Below, in pieces: positions 38,763-47,191 of a stretch of DNA of 64,000 nucleotides. The DNA comes from Anaerolineales bacterium. GTDB taxonomy: Bacteria; Chloroflexota; Anaerolineae; Anaerolineales; Villigracilaceae. The position numbers and the translations under genes were made by a program. The stretch covers positions 16,779 through 80,778 of the forward strand of contig JAEURF010000001.1 of the NCBI GenBank assembly GCA_016789205.1. The letters run 5' to 3'. Below the pieces are notes generated by a model. The model saw only the letters and a list, made by a program, of their open reading frames with translations, did no database searches and was not told the DNA's origin. Within the stretch, counting starts at the first letter, position 1. Every line of letters starts with the position of its first letter.

Positions 38763-41123
38763 CTAAGTATGATGTAAACTGAGATAGGTTAAATCAGCAA
38801 ATAAAGGCATTTCCTGCTTTACTAATTGATGAGATGGATTTGTTAGATTAGCGGGTGTGACATAACCGGCTTGATTGAATATCCAGCCTCTTAAAACATT
38901 CTCGATTACGCCAAGAGGTTGCAGTACTTCAGATACCGCGCGAAAAACAAGTTCCTTATAATGAAGAACGTCAACTATTTGAGGATCAGGTTCAATAGGT
39001 AAGTCCCAAGCGTGAACGCTAGGCGCGCGACCAGTATAAATAAAACGAATTATTTGCCCTTTATTTCGGAGAATACCTTGGTTCTTTAGTTGTTGGACTG
39101 CAACCGCCATTGGAGACATCACACTATATGCATCTAGGTCACGGCTAAGTGTCTGACTAACAACTAATTCTTCCAGAGGTACTTCCTTTGCCTTTAGTAA
39201 CGTTAATTCGGATTGTACAGATGTAACTACTTCTGGCAATAAGTTGGGTAATTTAGTAATATCATTCTCTTTTGCTAATATATGAATAACTTGCCTTTGT
39301 ACATTTGCTACAAACCTGCATGTATCCCCTCGTCGTTCGGCCACACCACGAATTTTATGTTTTCCATTTGCCGCAACTCCATAGAAACGATTTGCAACAG
39401 ATATTTTTGGATTTTGCCGTGAGCAAGGAAAGGCAAACCATGAATATACATTTTCAACTTCAATGGGTAAATGAGTGGCTTCTTCAATTGCATCAGCTAG
39501 TGCTTCAAAATCTTCACGCATGGCATCATGCTTACAAAGGAAAAGGCTATCTACATATAGATGTAAGACTTCAAAGCCCATTGACTCAGCAAGTAGTTTA
39601 GCTTGTGTAATGACTTTTCTTGAAAGATATGAAACTACCTCATGTGAATTAAGGCGTCCAAATACAGAATTAGCGAAGCGCAATCGTCCGTAACAAACGA
39701 CTGTAAGCCACTTTATTGCATCTACAATCGCTTCGTCATTAAATGATTTCTCAATCACGTTATATAGTTGAAGAGTAGATTGATAACTAGCATCATTTTT
39801 ATCTAATGACTTTAACCGTTCCTTCAGAGCAAGTCGTTTATCTCGAATTGGTTTTAAAGTCTCAGGAACGAGACCTAATTTAGAAAGGATTTTTATGCCT
39901 AATTCAGGAATCTCAAAACCTTCTCGGGTGTCATCCATGCCAACCACTGTCTCAGGAGAAACATTAAACTCAATCATGATTGATGCCATTTTGGAACTAA
40001 AGTCCGCAACAGCAACATTTTGATAAATACCTGGAGTCGGTTGGAGAACTAATCCCCCACGAGCAGCTCGGTAATATTCATTTAGACTTTTGGCTATTTC
40101 ACCTTTTTGATGTTCGTAAGGAATCAGTACATTACGCTTCAACGCTGTAAGATTTTGCATTGAAGCAATTGAAGCGCCGGGAGAGCGTCTTGCGACATCT
40201 TGTAAAGGAAGACTACTAAGCCTTGCATGTTCAATTGCCCCAACTAATTGAAATTTGTTAGACGTCATACAATTTTCAATGTCTACATGCCATCTTCCAC
40301 GCAGGTGAACTTGGGGAGCACGATAATGAGCATGTCCATAATTAAAAAAACTAACTTCTTTACGACGTAATACGGATAGAGAAGAGTCGCGATTAGGGTT
40401 GAATGGAATTCCTGTTTTTTTTGATGACTCTTCCAAATATGGAAATATCCACGAGTCACCAAAATATGTATGAATAACATCGGGGTTATAGGAAGACAAA
40501 ATGCTATTCAATACATTTAGAAGTTCACGCGGTCTATCAAGCGATAACTGAAGGTAAGATTTGCCGAATCTAGCAATTAAATGTTTTGGAGACTTATGAG
40601 AAGGATCAGTATCTGGCTTTAACTTCAGCATTTTCAATTTTGGTAATTGAGGATCGAGGTCTTCAGGTTTATCTAGTGCTTTGACACTAACTAACCTGCC
40701 GTTTGGTTCTGCTTCAATCTCACAATGTGCCATCATAAAAACTTTATTAGCTGCTGCGTAACGCACAGTGAGCGGAATATCGACATCATAAAAAATCAAA
40801 TCGGAGAAGTTATCATGCACTTCGCGAAATATTTTTCTGAATTTAGTAGGGTGAGAAACTCTAATCCCCATGACAATTTGAAGACCGTCAAATAAGTCCT
40901 CTTTGTCCGTGACACGTACTAGTCTTACTTCTTCTTTGGTATGTTTTGCTCGTAAAAATACCCCCAAATCATGCAATCGCTCTACGGATCCGCGAGCGTA
41001 AAATACAGTCTCAAAATCCTGATGGAAAGAATATGGTTTTCTATCTTCTCCAATGAACCAGAGGACAACACCTTTCTCAGGATGAGCGTATAAATCAAAC
41101 AGCCATCCTTTAATTTTTCTCAT
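38763..41123 (-). CDS. Family B DNA polymerase, PolB2-like with altered motifs
   Basis: DFSSKMASIM (motif A), KWLTVVCYG (motif B), YVDSL (motif C), NRFYG and KIRG. Confidence 0.88.
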   Translation of the reverse strand: MRKIKGWLFDLYAHPEKGVVLWFIGEDRKPYSFHQDFETVFYARGSVERLHDLGVFLRAKHTKEEVRLVRVTDKEDLFDGLQIVMGIRVSHPTKFRKIFREVHDNFSDLIFYDVDIPLTVRYAAANKVFMMAHCEIEAEPNGRLVSVKALDKPEDLDPQLPKLKMLKLKPDTDPSHKSPKHLIARFGKSYLQLSLDRPRELLNVLNSILSSYNPDVIHTYFGDSWIFPYLEESSKKTGIPFNPNRDSSLSVLRRKEVSFFNYGHAHYRAPQVHLRGRWHVDIENCMTSNKFQLVGAIEHARLSSLPLQDVARRSPGASIASMQNLTALKRNVLIPYEHQKGEIAKSLNEYYRAARGGLVLQPTPGIYQNVAVADFSSKMASIMIEFNVSPETVVGMDDTREGFEIPELGIKILSKLGLVPETLKPIRDKRLALKERLKSLDKNDASYQSTLQLYNVIEKSFNDEAIVDAIKWLTVVCYGRLRFANSVFGRLNSHEVVSYLSRKVITQAKLLAESMGFEVLHLYVDSLFLCKHDAMREDFEALADAIEEATHLPIEVENVYSWFAFPCSRQNPKISVANRFYGVAANGKHKIRGVAERRGDTCRFVANVQRQVIHILAKENDITKLPNLLPEVVTSVQSELTLLKAKEVPLEELVVSQTLSRDLDAYSVMSPMAVAVQQLKNQGILRNKGQIIRFIYTGRAPSVHAWDLPIEPDPQIVDVLHYKELVFRAVSEVLQPLGVIENVLRGWIFNQAGYVTPANLTNPSHQLVKQEMPLFADLTYLSLHHT

Positions 41124-42009
41124 TCACAATACTTGTAAGTTCTTCAAGTCTTTTTTCTAATCCATCTATCCGTTTATGAAGTTCGACAACTTCATGGTTA
41201 TTGTTTATGTGTTCTTGTGCTTGGATAACTAGTAGGGCAGCTTCAAGAGGTAAAAGGTTAGTTGCACTAGCAATTGAGGCTCGAAACTGAAGGATGTAAT
41301 TGTAAAAATTCTCGAGGATTTTTTGCATTACGGGGGCAAGCAATTCAGCAAGAGGTTTAATCTCGGAAATCAACTTATTCGCTAATTCAGTATTAGTAAG
41401 ATTCCTAGAGCCTGTAACATATACTAAAGGTTTCTTTTTTGAAGTGCTATTATGATCAGCACTTTGCTCAATAGAAATGACCTCATCTGCGAAAGATGCA
41501 AGAATAGGGAAAAATTGATGATATGCATCTATGGATAGTGTTGGTACAAGTACAACAATGGGGTTGGAAAGTGAGATAATTTTCAGTTGTTCGCAACATT
41601 GTTTTATAACTCGGTTGCGTAGTGACAAGTCAACATCGCCGTTATAGAAATGATATAAGAAGTTAAGTATCAAAATTGGCTTATTTTGTTTGCTGACCTC
41701 TACAAGTAGATCCAAGAGTTGCAAACATGTCATAGGCCGCATCGTTTTTGGTCTATCAAGTATCTCGTCAACTTTGGTTGTATATCTGCGAACTGAACGA
41801 AAAAGGGTATCGCGATCAGGCAGCCATTCATCCCCAGCAATGATATTAAAAGAACCATGTAACGCTAATTGCGTAATTATCTCGGTAATAGATTCATGCT
41901 CTTCACCAATAGTTTTTACAACTTGTAAACAACTCCTAGTCCAATCAATAGGGTGAAGGATTTGATTACTATTATTTAAAAATTGAGATTGAGCAAATAA
42001 GTTATCCAT
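41110..42009 (-). CDS. Inactive RecA/RadA-like protein fused to small helical PolB2-associated domain
   Basis: RPMTCLQL (RAFT.YQ-like) with no Walker A; C-terminus ...LLPLEAALLVIQAQEH...IDGLEKRL resembles arCOG07300; overlaps the PolB start. Confidence 0.6.
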   Translation of the reverse strand: MDNLFAQSQFLNNSNQILHPIDWTRSCLQVVKTIGEEHESITEIITQLALHGSFNIIAGDEWLPDRDTLFRSVRRYTTKVDEILDRPKTMRPMTCLQLLDLLVEVSKQNKPILILNFLYHFYNGDVDLSLRNRVIKQCCEQLKIISLSNPIVVLVPTLSIDAYHQFFPILASFADEVISIEQSADHNSTSKKKPLVYVTGSRNLTNTELANKLISEIKPLAELLAPVMQKILENFYNYILQFRASIASATNLLPLEAALLVIQAQEHINNNHEVVELHKRIDGLEKRLEELTSIVNEKN

Positions 42010-42140
42010 ATTTACAAGATAACCCAATTTGTGTTTCTTGACTATTTAAATGAAGTATAGAAAGGGGATAGGGAATAGGCTAGTAAAAGGCTAGGTAGGT
42101 GAATAATTGCATCACCCAAAGGTGGTACCCATTAGGGATA

Positions 42141-42545
42141 TTACATCCAGCCACTAAAATCCCAACCTGCTAATATCTGGCGCAATTTGCTTCTATTTTT
42201 TACTCGAAACTTTGAATACACATTTCTAAGATGAAATTTAACAGCAGCTTCTGTAACTCCCATACGAACAGCTATTTCTTTGTTGCTATAACCCAAGCAA
42301 AGCAGTGCTGTAACTTCTTGCTCGCGCGGAGTTAAGGATTCCCATTTCTTCCAGAATCGATCATTAGTAGAGTATTGGGTAAGACCAGCGGCTAAGAGAT
42401 CAGGAAAAATTTCGTTTATAGTGCGACCCTCGTGCTGGGCAAGTGTGGTAACTGAAGTATGTAGAGATTCTGCAATCTCAAAGGTTCGGGGGCCAGGATT
42501 AGAACGCAGGCCTATCCAGTACAATAATTTGTGCCAGATAGACAT
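42141..42545 (-). CDS. LuxR-family HTH regulator without receiver domain
   Basis: LTPREQEV..L...GYSNKEIA..MG.....VKFHLRNVYSK. Confidence 0.92.
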   Translation of the reverse strand: MSIWHKLLYWIGLRSNPGPRTFEIAESLHTSVTTLAQHEGRTINEIFPDLLAAGLTQYSTNDRFWKKWESLTPREQEVTALLCLGYSNKEIAVRMGVTEAAVKFHLRNVYSKFRVKNRSKLRQILAGWDFSGWM

Positions 42546-42554
42546 AGGGTCAGG

Positions 42555-42584
42555 ATTATATTAGAACATCAGTTCTATTGTCAA
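42555..42584 (-). promoter_or_regulatory. Consensus sigma70 promoter with LexA (SOS) box in the spacer
   Basis: TTGACA (42584-42579), 18 bp, TATAAT (42560-42555); AGAACATCAGTTCT at 42563-42576 matches AGAAC-N4-GTTCT. Confidence 0.85.
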
Positions 42585-42634
42585 TGTTTTAAAAACCTAA
42601 CTCATCGGTGTATCTTCAAGCCAGTTTATGTATT

Positions 42635-42715
42635 CTACCCACGCAGAATAATATATGCACTCAATGCACCGATAATTACTACTCCGGCAGCAACCATAAT
42701 AATTACTTCTATCAT
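42635..42715 (-). CDS. 26-aa hydrophobic peptide
   Basis: MIEVIIMVAAGVVIIGALSAYIILRG; AAAGGTGG RBS; ATGA overlap with the upstream gene. Confidence 0.55.
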   Translation of the reverse strand: MIEVIIMVAAGVVIIGALSAYIILRG

Positions 42716-42927
42716 ATTTGGTCACCACCTTTCGTTTTCATTAACATTAAACCTGATATGTAACCCATTAACATTCCAACAATTCCCATCACTAAGAAAT
42801 GAAATCGAAAAGGACTAGCCCCAGGAACAAATTGAGCAATGACCAAACCAATAAACACATGATTACCCCAATCCATTAATTTTTCTGCAAGTACAGTCCG
42901 TTCTTCTCTAGTTAATTTTCTAATCAT
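42712..42927 (-). CDS. Small 2-TM membrane protein
   Basis: AEKLMDWGN followed by two hydrophobic helices. Confidence 0.7.
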   Translation of the reverse strand: MIRKLTREERTVLAEKLMDWGNHVFIGLVIAQFVPGASPFRFHFLVMGIVGMLMGYISGLMLMKTKGGDQI

Positions 42928-42996
42928 ATATAACTTAGAGTAACATTTTGCTTTATCGAAATCAAGTTTTGGAAAAAGCGCAGTATAATTTGTCTC

Positions 42997-43043
42997 GGCA
43001 ACATTAGGGTGCCCCCCTCACCCTAGTGTTGCCACTTTTGTTT
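42997..43043 (+). terminator. Strong hairpin with U-tract directly after a TATAAT box
   Basis: GGCAACATTAGGGTG / CACCCTAGTGTTGCC followed by ACTTTTGTTT; the G-U pair works only on the + strand. Confidence 0.65.
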
Positions 43044-43126
43044 CATTCAAGAAGTTGGGAACATTGTATAATTCAAGAAAATATATGCACCTAAACAATT
43101 TCATAGTACTAAAACTCTGACGCCAA

Positions 43127-43357
43127 ATGTCTGGTAAGCGCAAAGTTGTGGAGAAAGATCCAGCTAAATTAGTTGATCTAATCTCCCTCGAAGCTGCTGC
43201 CAAACTAAGCGGGATGTCCTCAGGTCATATTCGACTTCGAATTCGTGAAGGCGATATGTGGGGGACAAAAATTGGGAGAAATTGGGTCACTACTGAACAG
43301 GCAGTCAGAGAATATCAAGCCCGCGCCAGGCGACGTGGTCGTCCTAAAAAAACCTAG
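43127..43357 (+). CDS. HTH_17/excisionase-like DNA-binding protein
   Basis: LISLEAAAKLSGMSSGHIRLRIREG...GTKIGRNWVTT; AT-hook-like RRGRP tail. Confidence 0.85.
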   Translation: MSGKRKVVEKDPAKLVDLISLEAAAKLSGMSSGHIRLRIREGDMWGTKIGRNWVTTEQAVREYQARARRRGRPKKT

Positions 43358-43403
43358 TCGCAAATAATCAACCTAGAAAAATTAATCGATATCGAATATA
43401 ATA

Positions 43404-43560
43404 TTTTTGCTTCTGTGGGCTCCTCACACTTTTCTTAGACTACACCACAGCATCCCAACGGCCGTTATTACTCCAAGAAAGGAGCGGTAGCTATGGGCGG
43501 TGGAACTGATACCTAGAAGCAAGAGAGTGACAGGCACCGCGGGCTTGTCACTTTTGTTTA
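43404..43560 (+). ncRNA. Candidate structured small RNA carrying a 7-codon ORF
   Basis: TATAAT at 43397; long-range pairing TTGCTTCT/AGAAGCAA; AAAGGAG + ATG GGC GGT GGA ACT GAT ACC TAG (43493-43516); terminator AGTGACAGGC/GCTTGTCACT-TTTG. Confidence 0.45.
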
Positions 43561-44235
43561 TTACCATTCCCACTTAAGAACATAGTTTTCATGAAGTCGG
43601 GGATTGAGATTCTCCCAGACTATCATTATCCTGCCATCTAACAACAATCGCCGAGACTCGGGACCAAGAATTTGTGTTCTTTGTAAATTGCTCTCAGTAA
43701 TAGAAACATTTATTGGAGGTCTACCTTGTGGAAAAATAATTTTGAGGTTTATTTTCTGTGTGTTATATCTTATTCCAGTTCCCCAAAAGCCGATATTTTT
43801 TAGAAACCCATTTTGCATGTCCCACTCGATATTAAATTCATCTATGTCGCCTTTATTTCTAAATTCTCTTAATGAGATTAGTTTACATGTCTTATGCCCT
43901 AAACGAAATTGATCAACAGGAATGCCAGGGGAGCAACGATAGTTTAGAAACACATCTACATCACCCCAAGCCCAATCTTGATAAGATAAAACATAATCTT
44001 GGAGATATCGGATTTTTTCCCGCTTCTTAATCGTTGCATTTTCTCCATTTGTATCTTTTAGTTCAATTTGACATTCATAATCAAGGACTTCATATATACC
44101 TTCATCCGCAAACCCTCGAAAGATTTTCTTTCCAATTTTCCAAATTCGCGCCAACAATTCAAACCATGGCAGACCAAGTGCAAATGTAAGAGCACGCACT
44201 TTTAAATCAGTATTATTTATCAAATTCTCGTTCAT
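43561..44235 (-). CDS. Hypothetical beta-rich protein
   Basis: 224-aa ORF with IIFP..RPP, ending Y.LKWEW. Confidence 0.75.
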   Translation of the reverse strand: MNENLINNTDLKVRALTFALGLPWFELLARIWKIGKKIFRGFADEGIYEVLDYECQIELKDTNGENATIKKREKIRYLQDYVLSYQDWAWGDVDVFLNYRCSPGIPVDQFRLGHKTCKLISLREFRNKGDIDEFNIEWDMQNGFLKNIGFWGTGIRYNTQKINLKIIFPQGRPPINVSITESNLQRTQILGPESRRLLLDGRIMIVWENLNPRLHENYVLKWEW

Positions 44236-44950
44236 TTGGTTTTCGCCAGATAGTAATTCGATTTTCTGGTTTATCCATTATCTTTCCATTTAGATAATAT
44301 CTTCCCTCCATTTCATATCCAAAATCAATGTCGTTTGGGATTTGAAGTAATTCAGATAACCCCTCATGCCTTTCCCTTTCCGCAAGATTCACCATCAAAA
44401 AGAATCCATCACTGTCATCTTTAGGTTCGGGCGCATATACACAAATTAGTTCGATAGGGTCAGTCGGTTCAACAGTTTCTTTGGTTACACTTCCAACTCC
44501 TACAACTTCTATTATTCCATTGTCCCATGTAGAAATTTTTTCTGCGTAAGACTTCAGTTTCTCAAATATCACAGGTTTGTTTAGTTCAACATTGCTAACT
44601 TTTTTTCCTTCACTTTTATGGAATTCCATAATTTCACGGAGGCTTTGGGGAACATATTCATCATCAGTGTCAACAGGGAATCCATATACCTTTTCTGCGG
44701 TTTCAAGTTCTTGTAGTGAGAAGTAGCATAGTTCAATTTTGTCATCTACAATAAGTCCATAGAAAAGGTCTTCGCCATCAAATTCAACAGCATACCAAAT
44801 TGGATCATTTTCCGGAGAAACAAATTTAAGTAAGGCTTGCGCTTCCAATCCTTTGCCTTCCAGTTCATATAAATCTGGAAGATTTGCACGGTCTTCATCC
44901 GTGAGAAGATGCCGCCTTTCAGGATAATCTCCCTCCTTCATTTCCAACAT
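44213..44950 (-). CDS. DUF2958-like domain fused to a degenerate nucleotidyltransferase-like domain
   Basis: LPDLY...WYAVEFDGEDLFYGL..D..EL.YFSL.EL N-terminus; IIEVVGVGS...DPIEL in the C-terminal half. Confidence 0.65.
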   Translation of the reverse strand: MLEMKEGDYPERRHLLTDEDRANLPDLYELEGKGLEAQALLKFVSPENDPIWYAVEFDGEDLFYGLIVDDKIELCYFSLQELETAEKVYGFPVDTDDEYVPQSLREIMEFHKSEGKKVSNVELNKPVIFEKLKSYAEKISTWDNGIIEVVGVGSVTKETVEPTDPIELICVYAPEPKDDSDGFFLMVNLAERERHEGLSELLQIPNDIDFGYEMEGRYYLNGKIMDKPENRITIWRKPNEREFDK

Positions 44951-44982
44951 ATACTTAATGTAGCAAATACAGAAATAATTTG

Positions 44983-45516
44983 CTAGTTATATCGTGCACG
45001 AAAAGCATTCTGATATCCGTCGACTAAAGCATCCAAAAAGGGAGTTTCAATTGCTAGTTTGTTCTCCATAGCGACAACTTCATTAATTGCCTCAAGACTA
45101 ATTACCTTTTTATCAGTATCCCTTAGTATTTCAAGGATTTTCATGAATTTTTTATTTTCATTTACTGCAACTCCCACAATTATTAATACTTCTTTTCTAT
45201 TTGGGTCTTCGGATGGTCGCAGGTTTTCATCTGATTCATTATTAGGCATGCTATACCAAGCTTCTGATACCATAAATACCTGACGTAAGCGTTGAATCGT
45301 TCCGTGTTTGGCAAGCTTCAAGCCAATTGAGCGGAATAAATTTAGCTTATCTTCATCTGCATCTGGTAATTTTTTTATCTCTCCAACAATTATTTGAGGG
45401 TCTGCATCCATAATTAAGGCAGGGACATGCATTCCATCTCGAAGCATAATTTCTTTTGCTCTTAAAACTACCTCTTCAATATCAATTGAATCGGACTCTT
45501 GGTTTTCCGCTGACAT
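44983..45516 (-). CDS. Hypothetical protein
   Basis: SEAWY...RPSEDPNRKEVLI motif; 177 aa. Confidence 0.75.
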   Translation of the reverse strand: MSAENQESDSIDIEEVVLRAKEIMLRDGMHVPALIMDADPQIIVGEIKKLPDADEDKLNLFRSIGLKLAKHGTIQRLRQVFMVSEAWYSMPNNESDENLRPSEDPNRKEVLIIVGVAVNENKKFMKILEILRDTDKKVISLEAINEVVAMENKLAIETPFLDALVDGYQNAFRARYN

Positions 45517-45778
45517 TATTTTTAATCATTGTACATTTTCTTTAGCCCCGATAAAACATTCAATTTATTGAAATAGCGTTTTTTATCCCCTATAAGATCA
45601 TATCAATTAGCTTTTATTATAGGACTGGTCACGAAAGTATTTAGCCTTAACGACTTCATTTTTCCAGTTGATTATGGCGATTTGAGGCTAATTATTCGTC
45701 GCAAAATCAACATTGTGAGACGAAGAATGTTTACTCCCCACCAACTGTTCGCTACTTATTAATTAACAATAGATAGGT

Positions 45779-47077
45779 CTAAGTAAGTGGCACATAAATT
45801 TCTAATCTCTTATCTTCAGATCTGGAAATTCCCTGAGTAGAATCCCAACGTACTTTCCATCGAGTAGCAGTTCTGGGACCAATAAAGTTGAGAGGTATAA
45901 ATATTACATTTTCTTTCTTCCAATTTAATGGTTCTACAATTTGGACAATTACATAATCGGCATCTTCACCTAATTTTTTAGCAAGCCTTTGTTCAAATGA
46001 CTTCTTGGCAAACTTAAAATTCCTCTGACCAATGCTTCGAATCGGAAAAACTTCATTTGCCCAACGATATAATTCTGGATGTATATCGGAAAGACGAGCG
46101 AATAGCCTCTGGGAATTTATATCTCCCCAAAGCTTTGCGCTTTTCGAGTTAGGATCATCAGTGAACGCAGCAATCAAATCTTGATCAGTCAAATTTGAGA
46201 AACCTTTTCTATCGGAATAACTAATTCGACCCGCTCCGGGAAAAGCAAGCTCTATTGCCCGTACTAGCATTGCTTCCCCAGTTTCAAGTCTTTTTGTTTG
46301 AATTACATGTTTATAAAATTTCTCTTGAAGGGTAGCGAAATCATTCAACAGCCTTCTACCATAAACTCCATCTACGACTAGTACTTCATCGTAATCCGAA
46401 ATCGCGTTAATTAATGCCTCTGGATCGCACGGTGAAAGTTGCAGTTTCTCAATTTGTCCAAGCGACAAGAATGCCCTATTCTCCCCATCAATAACATCAG
46501 GAGATAATGGGCTATTGAACATTTCTATCACCTCATTGCTTATTGTGGTTCCTGATAAATTTTCTTCAGGTGGTTGTACTCCTTGGGTTATGTAATAGAT
46601 CACTTTGGCGAGTTTCTCTCTATCTGGAATTTTATTTCCCAATTTATCCTGTAATGTGGTTTCGCATTCCTCTAGCATCGCAGCAATTTTGTAAAAATGA
46701 TTTCCTCTTTGATGACTCCCTCTACCTCCGGACTTTAGTAGAAGATACCCTTCTGACGAGTGTGAAAGCGGACCATGTCCGAGATCATGACAAAGAGCTC
46801 CTAACATTGCTAGTTGAGTTTCAAACTTGGAGATTTTAAGTTTTTTACAGAGCTGAAGAGTAAGATGGGTTACTGCTAAGGTATGATCATATCTCGAAAA
46901 AACATACTGATTTGGTATTTTCCAGAAAATATAAACGAGCCCCATCATGCTTATTTTGCGCAATCGATCCATTACGTTAGTAGCGAGTATTTCGGCACCT
47001 AAGTGCTCTATTATTTCTCCCTCAAACTCAGGGTTGGCACTTTTTGTGTTGAAAAACTTAGTTATATTTTCTTGCAT
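45779..47077 (-). CDS. HD-domain phosphohydrolase (SAMHD1/COG1078-like)
   Basis: RLRKI, SRYDHTL, CHDLGHGPLSH and D.ID motifs. Confidence 0.88.
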   Translation of the reverse strand: MQENITKFFNTKSANPEFEGEIIEHLGAEILATNVMDRLRKISMMGLVYIFWKIPNQYVFSRYDHTLAVTHLTLQLCKKLKISKFETQLAMLGALCHDLGHGPLSHSSEGYLLLKSGGRGSHQRGNHFYKIAAMLEECETTLQDKLGNKIPDREKLAKVIYYITQGVQPPEENLSGTTISNEVIEMFNSPLSPDVIDGENRAFLSLGQIEKLQLSPCDPEALINAISDYDEVLVVDGVYGRRLLNDFATLQEKFYKHVIQTKRLETGEAMLVRAIELAFPGAGRISYSDRKGFSNLTDQDLIAAFTDDPNSKSAKLWGDINSQRLFARLSDIHPELYRWANEVFPIRSIGQRNFKFAKKSFEQRLAKKLGEDADYVIVQIVEPLNWKKENVIFIPLNFIGPRTATRWKVRWDSTQGISRSEDKRLEIYVPLT

Positions 47078-47191
47078 AATGTTTTGGTTAGGTAATATCG
47101 TTGATTGGGTAACTACAGAATGTAACAATCGAAATGAATATCAAGCTACTTTGGCCCTTTAGGTCTGATTTTTTGTAATTAATAATCATCC

